A stretch of DNA of 64,000 nt from the human T2T-CHM13v2.0 reference genome, Homo sapiens. The stretch's first letter is position 1. Each line of letters starts with the position of its first letter. Of the stretch, positions 1 through 14,753 are shown piece after piece. Under the pieces are notes generated by a model, which was not told the origin of the DNA, searched no databases, and was given only the letters and a program-made list of their open reading frames with translations. Both the position numbers and the translations under genes were made by a program. Where the stretch lies: NCBI RefSeq assembly GCF_009914755.1, contig NC_060926.1. One strand, given 5' to 3'.

Positions 1-389
1 TTTTGAAAAGGGCAGAGCATTAATTCTGCAGAAGTAGAGAGAGCATCAAAGTGAGAGAATAGTTTGTACAGGTAGGCATAGATTGGAAAGGGCGTCTTGT
101 TGCTGATCTATCTTGTTATCTAAGCAGGACTGGGAAGACTATAAGACCTGGGACTTGAAACTAATCCCATCTCAAAGAATGGTGGGCTGCAGGGACCAGA
201 TTCAAGTGGATCCAGATTCATGGATGGATTTATGCAGTGTCTTCCCAAAAGAGATTCAATACAAGGAAGCAGGGTGAAGCAGGTAGATATGGCAGCCTAA
301 GAAATTTGGTGGCAATTGGATGTTCCTTGAATGGTGGACCACAGGGATGATCCACCAGGAAAGTTGAGAAGTACTGTAATTTGAGTCCT

Positions 390-575
390 AAATATGTACC
401 AGGCCCTATTCTAAGCACTACATGCCTTACCTTCTTTACACTTCACCACAGTTTCTATGATGTAGGTTACTATATAACCCTATTTGACAGATGAGAAAAT
501 TGAGGCTCAGAGACAGGAACTAACTTTCTGAAGTTCATGTAGCTAAGAAGTAGTGAAATGAGAATTCAAACAAGA
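390..575. mobile_element. MIR
   Basis: ttgacagatgagaaaattgaggctcagaga core. Confidence 0.75.
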
Positions 576-1380
576 TAGCAAATGATCTAATTATTGTCCT
601 CAGATTTCTATTAAGTCCTTGATTCAGGTTTATTTTTGTGCCTAACCCAGGTGTCAGGAGGGTTTTTATTACCTCTAGATTCCGAACTAGACTCTCTTTA
701 GCCCCTGATGATCATAGTTACCCAATAAAATAACATTTTGGGTGTGAGGATACATGTGATCTAATCTCATCCAAGTATCTAGATTATAATCATTTCCACA
801 CTCTTCATCCATCTCAACCATTATTCAGTTCCTCATTCAACAAAAACCTTTTATTCTTTTTCCTACATTCTAGGCACTATTCCAGGCCTTACAGACCAAA
901 AATGAATAAGACAGACAGGCAGAGAAATAGGAAAACATATAAACTCAGATCATTCCTGTAAATAACTTTGGTAGAAGCATTAAAAGATTTGTGTGTATAT
1001 GTGTGGGGAGAGGGAGACCCAGAATGCCTTATTTAAGAGATGCAACTATGGAAACCTAGCAACTCAAGTTTCACTCCTGGACCCTGTCATCCTTGTCTCC
1101 ATTCTCATGCCAGCTCCAATGTGCTGTGCCCAGCCTTTCCCTTTACCCTCTAAGTCTTGCATTGACTTCAGTTCCATTCCAGTTCCTAAATTCCTATTGC
1201 TCCTTTGACCATATAATGTTCAAATTCACTAATAAGTATTGGAAATGACATCTACCTTTTTCCCAAAACTTAGGTTTTTGGATAATAGAGAGCGAGAAAA
1301 TGAAAGGCCTATTTCTGAAAGAAGAAGAAGGCAGAGAACCATGGCAGGAAAAGTCTGTATCGCTTGTTCTAACTTAAGGG

Positions 1381-1422
1381 GTGTGTGTGTGTTTGTGTGT
1401 CTGTGTGTGTGTGTGTGTGTGT
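1381..1422. repeat. (TG)n microsatellite
   Basis: Direct reading. Confidence 0.95.
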
Positions 1423-2057
1423 GCGCGTATAGGTACTGTTAGCTAATTTTTATGAATGGCGTGCTAATCAGTGGAAAAGTTTCATGTCTACAGAAATTCT
1501 TTTCCATTGGCTCTTTAAAATATACTAATAACTCAAGACATTTTGCTTCCTTTTCAGAGATGATTGTGCAAGTCACTGGCCAACAACCAAGAAATCAAAA
1601 TATCTTTCCACTGGTACTTAATCAATTTTCTTTGACTTACCTAAACAAAATCTATAAGCAACATGTGGTCACAACACCCAGAAAAAAAATGAGAGTGATC
1701 CCATTTTTATGATGAGTATGTTAGTATAGAGAGCACAATTTTTAGTGCTTTATTTCTCAGCCGTATCTGTAAAATGGGCATGTGCAAAGCAAGACTTTAT
1801 GCTAGAGAGATGTGGAGGGTTGAGGGGGTGAGAGATCTGGCATGTTCCTCAGTCCATGCATGCTTATTGATGCACAAACGTGATGATGCTGGCAAGCAGA
1901 ATCCAAGCAACAGGTTAGCTCCATGTATTTGGTGCATGGTAAAGCCGAGTTGAGTGAATAACTAATTCTGTTTAAACCCCCTATCCTTCTGCCTCCTCCC
2001 TTCTCTACGAAATGATACATAGCAATGAGGTAAGTAGGATAATACATAGCCTCTTTA

Positions 2058-2620
2058 TGTATTAGTTTTCTATTGTGTAACAAATTGCCCCCAGAATTTA
2101 GTAGCTTAAGACAGTTTCTTTAGGTGAGGATTGTGGGAGCAGTCTGGCTGGGTGGTCTGACCCAGTGTCTCTCAGAAAGTTGGTCTTGAACTCCTGACCT
2201 CAGATGATCCAACCGCCTCAGCCTCCTAAAGTACTGGGATTACAGGTGTGAACCACCACGCCCAACTTCTCATAAAGTTGGAATCATCTGAAGACCTGAT
2301 TGGAGCTGGAGGACTTGCTCTCAAGGTCACACACCAATGGTTCTTTGCCAACTGTGAGCTGGAGGCCAAAGTTCCTCACCTCATTGACCTCTTCACAGGG
2401 CTGCTTCAGTGTCCTGATTACATGGCAGACGGATTCCCTCACAAACAATTAAACCTGGAGAGAGAAAACAAGGCAGAATCCTCAATAATCTCAGAAACCA
2501 TATACAAGGAAATCATATACTTCCTCTATATTTATATTATTCACATGCAGCAATTACGATACGATGTGGGAAAGAAGGGAGTGAATACCGGGAAGTAGGG
2601 ATTACTGGGAGCTGGCTAGC
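2058..2620 (-). mobile_element. Old MLT1-family LTR, interrupted by an Alu fragment
   Basis: tgtattagttttctattg..taacaaattgcccc..; catctgaagacctgattggagctggagga; gggctgcttcagtgtcct. Confidence 0.65.
2184..2267 (-). mobile_element. Alu 5' fragment (about 85 nt, no tail)
   Basis: tcttgaactcctgacctcag...gggattacaggtgtgaaccaccacgccc. Confidence 0.9.
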
Positions 2621-2859
2621 ATCGGTTTCTGTGGGATTGTTCATTTTCTGTCATGTAAGCTAAATATGGGGATGAATGTGAGTCTCACAGCCCAACGTTG
2701 TTCTGCTGTGGCATATGCTACAGTCAAATAAGAATATAAGATGTATTTCTGATTTACTGATTTCAGATTCAGATTTAGACCATAGTATTTACCATCTTCT
2801 ATGTCTCTATTTTTCCTTAGTTCTATTCTAAACTCTTGCTGTTTTTATGGCATTATCTG

Positions 2860-3087
2860 CAGATGACCAAACCTACAGTGTACCATTCTTGATAATTCTG
2901 AATTTCATAGATGTTGAAATATTGGGGAGATGTGACCCCCCCCCCCAAAGAAATAAAGCTCTTAGTCCCCATGAAAGTTCTGAACTAATTAAGACCAAAA
3001 AAACAAATAAGGGTATGCAAAATACTTTATTTCTGAAAGACTGATACTGGGAAATGCTATTTATATCTAAAGGCAAGTAGCTTGCCT
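2860..3087 (+). repeat. Copy 1 of a ~220-bp local direct duplication
   Basis: Co-linear with 6248-6462. Confidence 0.95.
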
Positions 3088-3423
3088 GATATTGAATTTC
3101 AGCATTGAAAGACCCATCCCCAGAGTCCTAGGTAGCCCTGGACCATGATAAGCCTCCTTTATGGCCTGCCTCCATGATATGGAATAAAGAAATAGAGTAG
3201 ATAGTGTGCTTTCAGTAGACAGGCTCACTTGCAAGAGGAAAAAGAGGAAATATGTGGACAAAGTTATGCCTTCTCAGTTTTCCATACAAACTCATTGACT
3301 GGTAAAATCACCACACCTTCTATAAGATGAAAAATGAGCAAAGAGAAGCCAGGAATTTTATGCTAACAGGGATCTATCATATGGTAAGAAATACCAGGTG
3401 TAATTTAAAAGTCATATACTCCT

Positions 3424-3714
3424 GGCTGGGTGCGGTGGCTCACGCCGTAATCCCAGCACTTTGGGAGGCTGAGGCGGGCAGATCACCTGAGGTCAGGAGT
3501 TCGAGACCAGCCTCAACATGGAGAAACCCTGTCTCTACTAAAAATACAAAATTAGCCAGGTGTAGTGGTGCCTGCCTGTAATCTCAGCTACTCAGGAGGC
3601 TGAGGCAGGAGAATTGCTTGAACCTGGGAGGCGGAGGTTGCGGTGAGCCAAGATGGCGCCATTGCATGCCAGCCTGGACAACAAGAGCGAAATTCCGCCT
3701 AAGAAAAAAAAAAA
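3424..3714 (+). mobile_element. AluS (Sp-like)
   Basis: Full Alu with aacatggagaaaccc; TSD aaaagtcatatactcct on both sides. Confidence 0.95.
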
Positions 3715-4450
3715 GTCATATACTCCTAATAACAGATGTTTAAAAGTAAGAAATATAAGATTCTGCTTATGGTATATAAAACAAAGCCTCTACCAAGCCA
3801 ATACTTCCTCAGATGTCAACTAAATATAAATAACAACTACTGAAGGCATTGAAGAGTGAATAAAAGTAGGAATATTCTTGAAGAGAATCAAAATTTGGAA
3901 GAAGGACAAATTAGATAATTTGACTTATCTTCAAAATAATTTTTGTGTTTTCTATCTTTACAGCTTTTTAGTCTGAAGGTGGCCACAAGGAAAGGCTAAC
4001 AGTTTGATAGAAAACTGCAATCCTTCTAGTTTGAAGAAGCATAGTCTGTGGAAAATGAGAGGAAGGCAGAAATCTCAGAAAGGAGAGAGCTAAAGTAGGA
4101 AGGACACAATCTACATCTAAAATCTGCCCAAATCTCTGAATAAACGCTGAACCATATAAGCATGAGACAGAGTATAAGAATAATAGCTAAAAATGAAAGA
4201 ACTGGACTTATATTTGAGCTACTACCAAGAGACCGAGTTTGCAGTATGAATTCAAACAAGTTAACCACCTGATAAAACAAGAGAAAATTAGCATTTTTGG
4301 AGACATGAAATAGAATCAAGAACATAATAGTCACAATATTCATTATATAATCCAAACTTCTTTAACATATGAAGAGTCAAAAAAAAAGTGACTTCTTCTA
4401 AAGATAAAAGACAATCAAAGGAAGACTGCATCAATAAAAATGATAAAACA

Positions 4451-5075
<625 letters not shown>

Positions 5076-6247
5076 CAGGAAGAACCAAATGAAAATTTTA
5101 GAACTAAAAAATGTTATATCTAAAACTTAAAAATTCACCTGGTAGGCTTTATAACCAAAAGGAAATGACAAAGGAAGGAGTCAGTGAACTTGAAAATAAA
5201 TAAGTCAAATGATCTAATTTGGAAAACAAAGAAGAAAAATTTTTTTTACATGAGTAATATAAAATGGTTCAACTCATGTGTAGTTGAATTCTCACAAGAG
5301 AAGATAGAAATTTGGAGAGAAAAAAGTATTTGAATAAATAGTGGTTAAAATTTTCCCCAATTTGGGGAAGGATATAAATTGAGACTCAAAAACTCAGTAA
5401 AATACAAGCAGAATAAATGCCAAAAAAAACTAACATATCTCGCTAGCTACATTATAGTCAAACTAATAAAAATCAAAACCAGAAAAATTTGAAAGCAGCC
5501 AGAGACAAGTGACACATTACATCCAAGGGAGTAATAATTTGAAACCACTAACTTTCCACCAGAAACTATGGAAGACAGATGATACTGGAACAACTTGAAA
5601 GTGCTAAAATAAATTTTAAAAATAATAACAACAACTGTCAACCCAAAAATCTATATTCAGAAAAATGTCCTTCAACAATGAGGGCAAAATAAATATAAGT
5701 CAAGATAAAAAAAACTGAAAGAGTTTATTGCCAGCTATACTGAACAACCAAGAAAATTCTTCAGGTTGAAGGAAAATTATAGAAAAAAGAAACTCAGATC
5801 ATTTGGATATAGTCAAGAACCTCAGAACTGGTAAATATCCACCAGAAATGTCAAGTATGTGAACAAATGTAAGAAACTATTTTTCTGTTAAATTAAAAGC
5901 CTTCTTATATATTATATGTTGTATGCATGTACTAAGATATCACTCTGCCTCATAAGTATGTACAGTTATTATGTATCAATTAAAAATAAAAGAAAAAACT
6001 CTTCTCTAAAAAAAAAAAATATGACCTAGCTAGCTTCACTGGGGTAGCTTACCAAACATTTATGGAAGAGATGGTACCAATTCTATACAATTTTTTTCTA
6101 GGAAGTTGAAGATTAGGAAATATTTTGCTACTTATTGTATGAGGCCAGCATTACCCTGATACAAAACCAGAAAAATGTACTAGAAGAAAAGTGAATTTTT
6201 CACCTATAGTCTTGAGGGATATTCTCAAAGAGAATCAAAATTCCCTT

Positions 6248-6462
6248 CAGATGACCACACCCAGAGTGTACCATTCTTGATAATTCTGAATTTGATAGAG
6301 GTTGAAATATTGGGGAGACCCCTCAAGAAACAACTCTTAGTTCCCGTAAAAGTTCTGAACTAATTAAGACAAAAAAAATTACATAAGGTAGGCGAAATAC
6401 TTTATTTCTGAAAGACTGATAGTAGGAAATGCTATTTATATCTAAAGGCAAGTAGCTTGCCT
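6248..6462 (+). repeat. Copy 2 of the ~220-bp duplication, inserted in L1 sequence
   Basis: Shares gtgtaccattcttgataattctgaattt ... ggaaatgctatttatatctaaaggcaagtagcttgcct with 2860-3087. Confidence 0.95.
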
Positions 6463-6560
6463 TTAGGGATATTTCCTCAAGAATGTAGGTGAAAATTTTA
6501 AAGCAGACTTTTAGGCAAATTGAATTTAAAAATATATAAAAAAGAATCATTCATCATGAC

Positions 6561-6845
6561 TGTATTAGTCCGTTTTCACACTGCTATAAAGAACTATCTG
6601 AGACTGAGTAATTTATAAAGAAAAGCTATTTAATTGGCTCACAGTTAAGCATGGCTGGGGAGACCTCAGGAAACTTACAATCATGGCAGAAGGTGAAAGA
6701 GAAGCAAGGTATATCTTACTTGGTGGAAGGAGAGAGAGAGCAAGTGAGGGAGGAAGTGTCACACACTTTTAATCCATCAGATCTTGTGAGAACTCACTCA
6801 CTATCACGAGAACGGTATGGGGGAAATCTGCCCCCATGATCTAAT
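6561..6845 (-). mobile_element. THE1/MST LTR (partial)
   Basis: tgtattagtccgttttcacactgctataaag...gagaactcactcactatcacgagaac. Confidence 0.85.
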
Positions 6846-6849
6846 CCCA

Positions 6850-7850
6850 GAAATGCAACATTTGGCAAGAGTACCACAGAGGTGATATGCTCTTCCCAAT
6901 GCACCATATCAGGGGAAATATGATGTTAATAAGTCTTATTACTGGTGATGCTAGCCTGCTTACTTGATTAAGGTAGGGTCTGCAGGGTTTCAATCTCACA
7001 AAATCACTATTTTTTTTTATAATAAATATGTACTTTAAGACTGGGCAATTATCTTGTTTTTCATACTTTCATGCAATGATTTTGACATTGATCTGTGTAT
7101 CTTGCCTGTAACAATGATTACTGTGGTGTTTTAGTGGTAGTTTTTATATTTCCCCCATTGCTTCTTCTACATTTATCAATTGGAATTAAGAAAGAGCTGT
7201 TCCTTTTTCACCCACTTATTAATTTACTAAACTATTTATATCAGTGAAGATTCATGAATAGTTTCTTATTCTGTGAGTTTAATAAGCCAGCATTACTCTT
7301 ATTATTTATTTATGGCTCTTTTTTTTCAACTATGGTCATTGGGAGCTTTTTCAGGCTGGTTTCTGCCCTTTTGATGTGCCTTCATTCTTTACTAAGCACT
7401 TCTTTATTTTATGGCCCACAAGGTACTCCAGAGGAATTTTGTGTTTTCTCCTTCCCCAGCCTTGCAATCAACTGTTTCTCCAAGGAGCCCTTGATCCTTT
7501 TATTAGAGAATGTTTAGAAATCAAGACTTACGTGTTTGGTGTGTTCATTGCTACTAGGATATCATAGTTTCTAGGCCCTCTCAGAGGTCAGAACTAGGAA
7601 ATATATGTATGTATATTACATATATGCATAATATAGATGTATATAACATACATGTATATATGTATGTACACACCCATATGTACACACATCTATGTTAGTT
7701 TCTATGTCTATCTCTCTGGATATGTATTTAAAAGCCATGAGTTCCTACCTTATGAATTCAATACCTTCCATTTTAAACCACCACCCCAGGGGTCATTCTA
7801 GCTTTCCCTTTTTCTTTATGTACCTTAACTTTTTACTTGATATATTCATA
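6850..7850 (-). mobile_element. L1MC-like 3' end
   Basis: ggcaagagtaccacagaggtgat; tttctccaaggagcccttgatccttt. Confidence 0.65.
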
Positions 7851-9704
7851 TATATTTGAGGGTTTTTAAAAAGTTTGTATTACATTTATAATTAAAACAT
7901 CAAAATAAAAATAAAAGCAAATGATATTATATTAACAAGTATAGTGCTTGTCAGTCACCCGCACTGGGCAAAGCAATAAGATGGATATAAATGAAAATGA
8001 GACATATACTCTGTCTTTAAAGAACTTTATCATATTGACAACATGTGATGCAACAGCAAGTCAATCTTGCCCAAGATAAGCAATTGAGTAGTAACTTAAC
8101 ATGATAGAAAGATTTGACAGATATTTATGGTCTTAATAGCTAATATTCTCAAAGTACTTTTGAGCTATTCTGATAAGGAGGTCTTAGAAGTTGCCAATAC
8201 TCTCAAGCTTTCTCTTGTATTGTTTCATTTTATTAGAGCAATAAATTCTTTCTATTGATTATGAAACTTAGTTGCTCTTGAACAGAAAAAAAGATAAAGA
8301 ACTACTGAAAGCTCTTAGTTTAAGTTCTCTGAAGTGTGGCAAGATATAACTTGCCTTCAGATTGTGATGCTTTTTATGACCTGATCAGCAGCAATAGCTA
8401 TTGCTCCCTCCAGTGATCAATTTAACATTTAGTAGGACTCAATATCCTGGTAACCAACACAAATGGATGGGAGGAACTTAAGTGCACAGACCTAATTGAT
8501 ATTAGTCTCCTAGCCAGTTCCTATAACCTGCAATCAAAGTCAGGGTGTAAGCCTCCAGTAAATTTAGGAGAGAGAGACTTCTTCCTTTAGGTAAGAGCCT
8601 TATTTAGGACTTTATACACAATCATTAAGAAATATGCTCAGCCCTCAAATATCTCTTGATTGATGAACTGATGGTAAAAATTCCACTATTAGCATTTTTT
8701 CTCTTTTATATACTGCCTTTTCCTCTGTTAAATTCAAGAATTTGAGAGCTGTAGGCAGGAAGTTACAATCAATCCAGTTTGGGTCAATAAGCATGTATTG
8801 AATGACTTTTATAGACAAACACTGTGCTAGGCTTAGGCTGCAATGCTGAGTAAAATGCATTCCTTGATTTAAGAACCAATGTAGTCTAAGCAACAATTTC
8901 CCAAAGCCACCCAAAGAAATGCAGAGGATTGAACCAAGGTCCTTGTTAAATGAAAATAAAGATCCCCAGGCTCTATCCCAGAGATTCTGATTCAATGAAT
9001 CTGAAGTTCTGAGAAATTTATAGGGTAGACATAGTATTTAGACTGGGCAATGATAGATGAGTGGAGTTCATTTGTTAGACAACGGTGTGAGGAAAAAAGG
9101 CATTCCAGGCAGAGAGAAGAGCGTAAATGCAAATGCAAAAGAGGGAAAATGTTTTGCATGTTCGGTGGGCAATTCATTGCCTGCTGCAGTTTGAACATAA
9201 ACAAGTGGGATGTGCGAACATATGGACAAAGAGAATGAAACTATGGGAGAATTCACAAAGAGGCCACAGACAAACAGGAAAAATGCATTAAGCTATTGAT
9301 TTAAATGTAGATGTATTCATTCACTCATTCATTCAACAAATACTTATTTAGCACCCACTGTGCCCACATTGAGTAAGCAGCTTGTCAGATAAAGATCACA
9401 GGACACGATGAGAATGGGGTCTTGCAGCATAGAAGGGAAAGTAAAACTCAAAGATGACTCGCTCCAGCATTTCAATGCAAAGTGTTGAAAATATTGGGGT
9501 TGGAACCCCAAGACAAGATTCTTGAGATGGTGCTAATTTGCATTTGAGTAGAAACATTGGAATTAGATGGGATAATGCATGTAAAAATTAGTTGTAGCTA
9601 CATGTTGCTACACAAATGTTCTGACCGCTACATAGTCATGCAAAAATTATGCATATGAAGTATGAGCGGAGATTGACCCCAAGACAGGTTACTTAGGAAG
9701 GAAT

Positions 9705-9798
9705 AAGCTTAAGGTCTGACTTTTGGTTCCTTAATTGTCTATCATAAAGGAAGAAGCTTAAGGTCTGACTTTTGGTTCCTTAATTCTCTATCATAAAG
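9705..9798 (+). repeat. Tandem duplication, period 49 bp, two copies
   Basis: aagcttaaggtctgacttttggttccttaatt(g/c)tctatcataaag at 9705 and 9754. Confidence 0.95.
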
Positions 9799-10290
9799 TC
9801 TCCCACCAGGCCCCAACCCAAGGACACCCATTTTGTTCAGAAAATCTCATTTGCCCCCAGATGAGATATTTAAGTCAAGGAATTTATGCACAACCTACCT
9901 CCTGCTCCCCTCTCCTCTCTTTCCCTCCCTTTTCATCTCCCTCCCTCCTTTATCCTCTTTCCTCCCCTCCTCCCTTGCTTCCTTCTCTCCTTTGCTTTCT
10001 TTTTTATTGGTGTTGTTGTGCTTTGTTTTCTGGTTTGAACTGTTCGAGGGTACTCTGTTTAGGGAGTTTCTTTTTTGTTGTTTTGGTTTTGTTTTTCATT
10101 GTTGTTTTAGTTCACTTCAAGTTTTTTGTGTGAGTGTGTGGAGAGGTACACTACAGGCTTTTCTGATGTGACGGATGATCCATGACAACATAGGTCTCTC
10201 TAAGCTCCTCTGCTTCTTTAAGTGACCTGACGTGGAAATTGTGTCAAGGATAAGAGAATCTCAGTGTTTTAAGAATTAAAGCTGGGCCAT

Positions 10291-10665
10291 TATCTTAGTC
10301 ATCTCAGCCTGACATAACAAAATACCATACACTGATGGCTTAAACGCCAGAAATATATTTCTTACAGTTTTGGAGGCTGGGATGTCCAAAATCAAGGTGC
10401 TGGCAGATTCAGCGTCTGGTGAGGGCCCACATTTTGACTTGCAGAAGGCCGCCTTCTCACTTTGTTCTTACATGGTGGGGAGAAAGAGCAAGATCTCTGA
10501 CGTCTCTTCATATAACGGCACTGATCCCATAATGAAGGCCCCATCCTCATCACCTCATCTTAACCCTAATTACTTCCTAAAGGCCACATATCCAAATACC
10601 ATTATATTGGGAGCTAGGACTTCATCTAAATTGGGTTGGGAGGGAGACACAATTCAGTCCATAGC
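10291..10665 (-). mobile_element. MLT1A-type MaLR solo LTR inserted in the pseudogene 3'UTR
   Basis: tatcttagtc...ataacaaaataccat...ggaggctgggatgtccaaaatcaagg...ttcagtccatagc. Confidence 0.8.
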
Positions 10666-10928
10666 CACCAGTGAATCCCCAGATACCAAGAACCTTTCTC
10701 TTCATGTGCTATGGCTGGGGCTGATGGTCCAGGGTGCTTACTCCTTAAGGCCACATGGCCTATGAAGTTCACCTCACATATGCTATAGCCAAGTTTATCA
10801 TTAGACCAGAAAATACGTCTGACCAGGTAGTTGTAAGGACAATGAAAGACCCTGCATCAAAGGTGGAGGGACAGATATCACTATAAAACTTCAGTGCAGC
10901 CTGGGATACCCCTGTGAGGTCTCTCTGA

Positions 10929-11282
<354 letters not shown>

Positions 11283-14059
11283 GATGCTGTTATATTTTTC
11301 ATCTTTCTCCAGTGGTCAAGTCAGATCTCACATTTTGGGTGGGTACTTGGAAGGTCATGTCAGTGAACTTTCTGTTCAGCTCAGGGATGACCCTCCCACA
11401 GCCTTGGCAGTGCCAGCGAATGCAGGGATGATGCTCTGGGTGGAACCCTAGCCATCATGCCAATTTTCCATTGGAGCTATCTAAAGTTTTTGTATGGCAG
11501 TAATAACATGGACTGTGGTCACTAATCTCTCCACAACATCAATGCTACGGTGACCTTGGCCAGGGTGGCCATGAGTTTGCTGGTGCAGGAGGCACTGCTG
11601 CCAATCTTGAAGGAGTGGTCATATATCTTATGACTCACTGCCACCACAAACATGGCAGCAACCACAGAAGTGGTAGACATGATGATACCTTGGGGTCTAT
11701 CCTACAAGTGAGTCCCAGCCTCTTATAAGGTAGTGAAGACACCAGTGGACTCTATAACATATTCAGCCCCAGCATTACCCGCCTTGTGTGCTGTAAGATG
11801 GAGATGTACCTCCCACTGATCACAGGTTTCCAGTCTCAGCTTTGACAGTGCCATTTAACTTGCTATGGAGGACTCATACAAGAATCACAGTTGGTGATCA
11901 GTGTGGTTGAAGTAAATGGCATCCAATGAAAGTGACGATATTGCTCTGCAAATGTTAAAGGCAGTTCTTCCTGGCTAGCAGGCACCTGATGTGACCAAAT
12001 CTGTTTATTCTAAACCTTCACCACCATGTCTTAGAGATGCAGCTGGCACTGCACCGAAAGCACAGCTGACTGTTGAGTGGGAAGGAGCTTTTTCTTAAAG
12101 AGGAAAAAGGGCAACATGTTTCTCTGTATCTAATCTCTAGTTTCTCACATTCTTACTGAAATAACCAAAGAGGAAATTATCTGTATTAACACTGGAACCT
12201 GGAGATGAGTACCAACACATGCCAGACGCCTGGAGGAAATTTCTCAGATGCGTTTTGCAGAAAGAACCACTGGGGGCTGAAACAGCCTCAGAGAGAAACT
12301 GGACCATAAAGATGCGGCAAAAGAAGTTCCCAGGGCCAGAGCACACAGCCCCTGTGACTGACAGAAAGGGTGTTTTACTTGTCTATTGGAGCCATTGAGA
12401 GGTTCTAACCAGGTGAGTGATTAAGTGAACTTCTATTTTTCACAGATTAACCTAGTTACTGGAAGGCAAATAGGCTGCCCGGGAACAAGAGTGGAAAAGA
12501 GAGACCAGTTTAGAGACTTGTACTAAGGTAGGAGAATTGGGAACAGAATAGAGTGGATAAATGTTCTATATATATATTGTAGGGACAATAATAGGATACA
12601 GTGTTGCATTAAAAATATTTGTCTCTGCTGGTGAAATTGTAGGTTGATTTTTAGTTACCTCTTTTTTATGCATTTTATAATTTTTCTACAAGGAATATAA
12701 ATTACTTAAATTTTTAAAAACTTAAAAATTAAAAAAAAATCTTCCTGAACAAACTAAAAAGAGATAACTTGATTACGTATAAGGCATATCCTGGATAAAT
12801 AGCTTTCAAATAAGACAAGTTCTCAAAATAAAAACAAAGCAGATGAAACAGGAGTAAGACTAGCCACTGGCATGTATTAGGGGGTAGGATTTTCCTCTTT
12901 ATGTTTAACTAGGGCAGTGGTGTAGGATTTTTTTTTTTCAGCATTGGAATTCTTTCTTCAAATAAAATCTCAGTGGATGCCCTGTATGTGGTAGACATCA
13001 CTGGAGCACTGTCTGGGAAAGAGCTAGGAGGCTCTGAGTCCCACCTGCTCCATTCATGCCTGAGGCTGTGCTCTTCCCTCATCTTCCCATTTCCCCAGGA
13101 ACAAAGGCCAAGGCACCTCCAAGGGTGAGATCAACAATTGTTTTGTTTTTTCTTTTCTGTTAGCTTTATGGATTTCAGCAGAGGCAGCTCTGTTTGATGC
13201 ATGTAATATGTGGCTGACAGATAAAGCTGAGTGGAAGCCTGGCTTCTATCCTTAGTCAATCACAGCCATTATTGTGCACTGGCTAGAAGGAATGCACAGT
13301 GAAGGCAATATAGCACTGATTACAAAGATACCTTAGATGGAAAAACAAACAAAACGGTGGAAAGCAAGAAGAAGAAGCCTTTTCTCTTTCAAGGAAAGAA
13401 AAGACAAATGAAAGATGAGAACATGACTTACAAGCAAAATGTCTGCCCCAGGTTAGGCTTGAACTACATCTTTGATTTTCTGTTTGAATCCAAGTCATTG
13501 CTAAGGATACCTAAGCAAGTCTGAAGGAGCAGGGCCAGTTCAGCAAAGGCAAATGGACTGGCCACCTTTCCCACAGGCAATCACTTCCCCTTGCCTGTCA
13601 CCACTCAGACAATCAAGGGGTGTAATTGCTCCTACAAAATCCAGTTTGCAGCACGGCTTTAAGAGTTTATGAATTCAGGTGGGGAAACCATACCTGTTAG
13701 ACTAGTTTGTCTGGGAAGAGGTGTGATGAGGAGCAGGTTCATGGGAGAGTAGGTAAGAAACACATTATTTTTCCATCTCAAACTCTTCTCCCTCTTCATT
13801 CTTAGGGTTTCAGTTAGCAGCTGCCCTATTCTCATATGCACTCCTGGTCAGATGGTGCACCTGGGTTGGGCATAGACTCATGGTGGACCAATTCTAACAC
13901 CTCATCGCCACATCCAGGGAATTACTTCTCCAGGGGTGGTGATCTAATACATGTTGAGCCTCTGAGTGCCTCACCAAGGTTTCTGGATTTGAAACTAAGA
14001 ACATCATTTAATCTTTTTCTGGCAATGAGAAAGGTAAACATTAAGATTCTACCCCCTCT

Positions 14060-14470
14060 TTCAGTAGGTGAATGGATTAACAAACCCTGATATGTCCACA
14101 CAATGGAAAACCACATAGCTGTAAAAAGGAAGACACTATTGATACATATATCAAATTACATTAATTTCAAAGACACTATGCTAAAGGAGAGAAGCCACTA
14201 TCAAAAGGTTACAGTGCATAGCTTGCTTACATTCTCAAAAAGAAAAACTTTAGTGACAGAAGGAATATTAGTGCGTGCTAGAGGTTACAAGTGGGGTAAC
14301 AGTGTTACTATCATGGGATAGCAGGAGGCAGTTTTAGTGGCTCTGAAACTGCTCAGTATCCTTATCATAGTGGTAGTTACATAAATCTATACGTGTATTA
14401 AAATTCACAAACTTTTTTTCAAAGAAAAAAGTCAATTTTATTGTATAAGAATTTTAAAAATGGTTTAAAA
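14060..14470 (+). mobile_element. L1M 3' end fragment
   Basis: gtaggtgaatggattaacaaac...tggtagttacataaatctatac. Confidence 0.7.
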
Positions 14471-14753
14471 TTATATTTTAAAACATACCTCTAAAGAGAA
14501 AGCACAGATGGCTGATTTACAGAAGATAGAAGATAGAGAAGATTAAAACTGTTGAGAAGCAAGAAAATATGAAAGATGGCCCCAAGTCTGCTGGATCCAG
14601 CTGTTCCAGGGCAGTTATAGTTTCATTCTTGGGTTCCATGACACAATCTTACACTCTTATAATAACTTTCCTTTTGTGCTTAAAGCTAGTTTAGCCAGGC
14701 TGGTTCATTAGCAATCCAGAATCCTAACGAATGTAGTAAGTAATCACTGGTTC

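Noticed and set aside
8401-8419. CTCF-like motif (another near 30768-30785)
   Set aside because: Mismatches at core positions; not supportable without ChIP data
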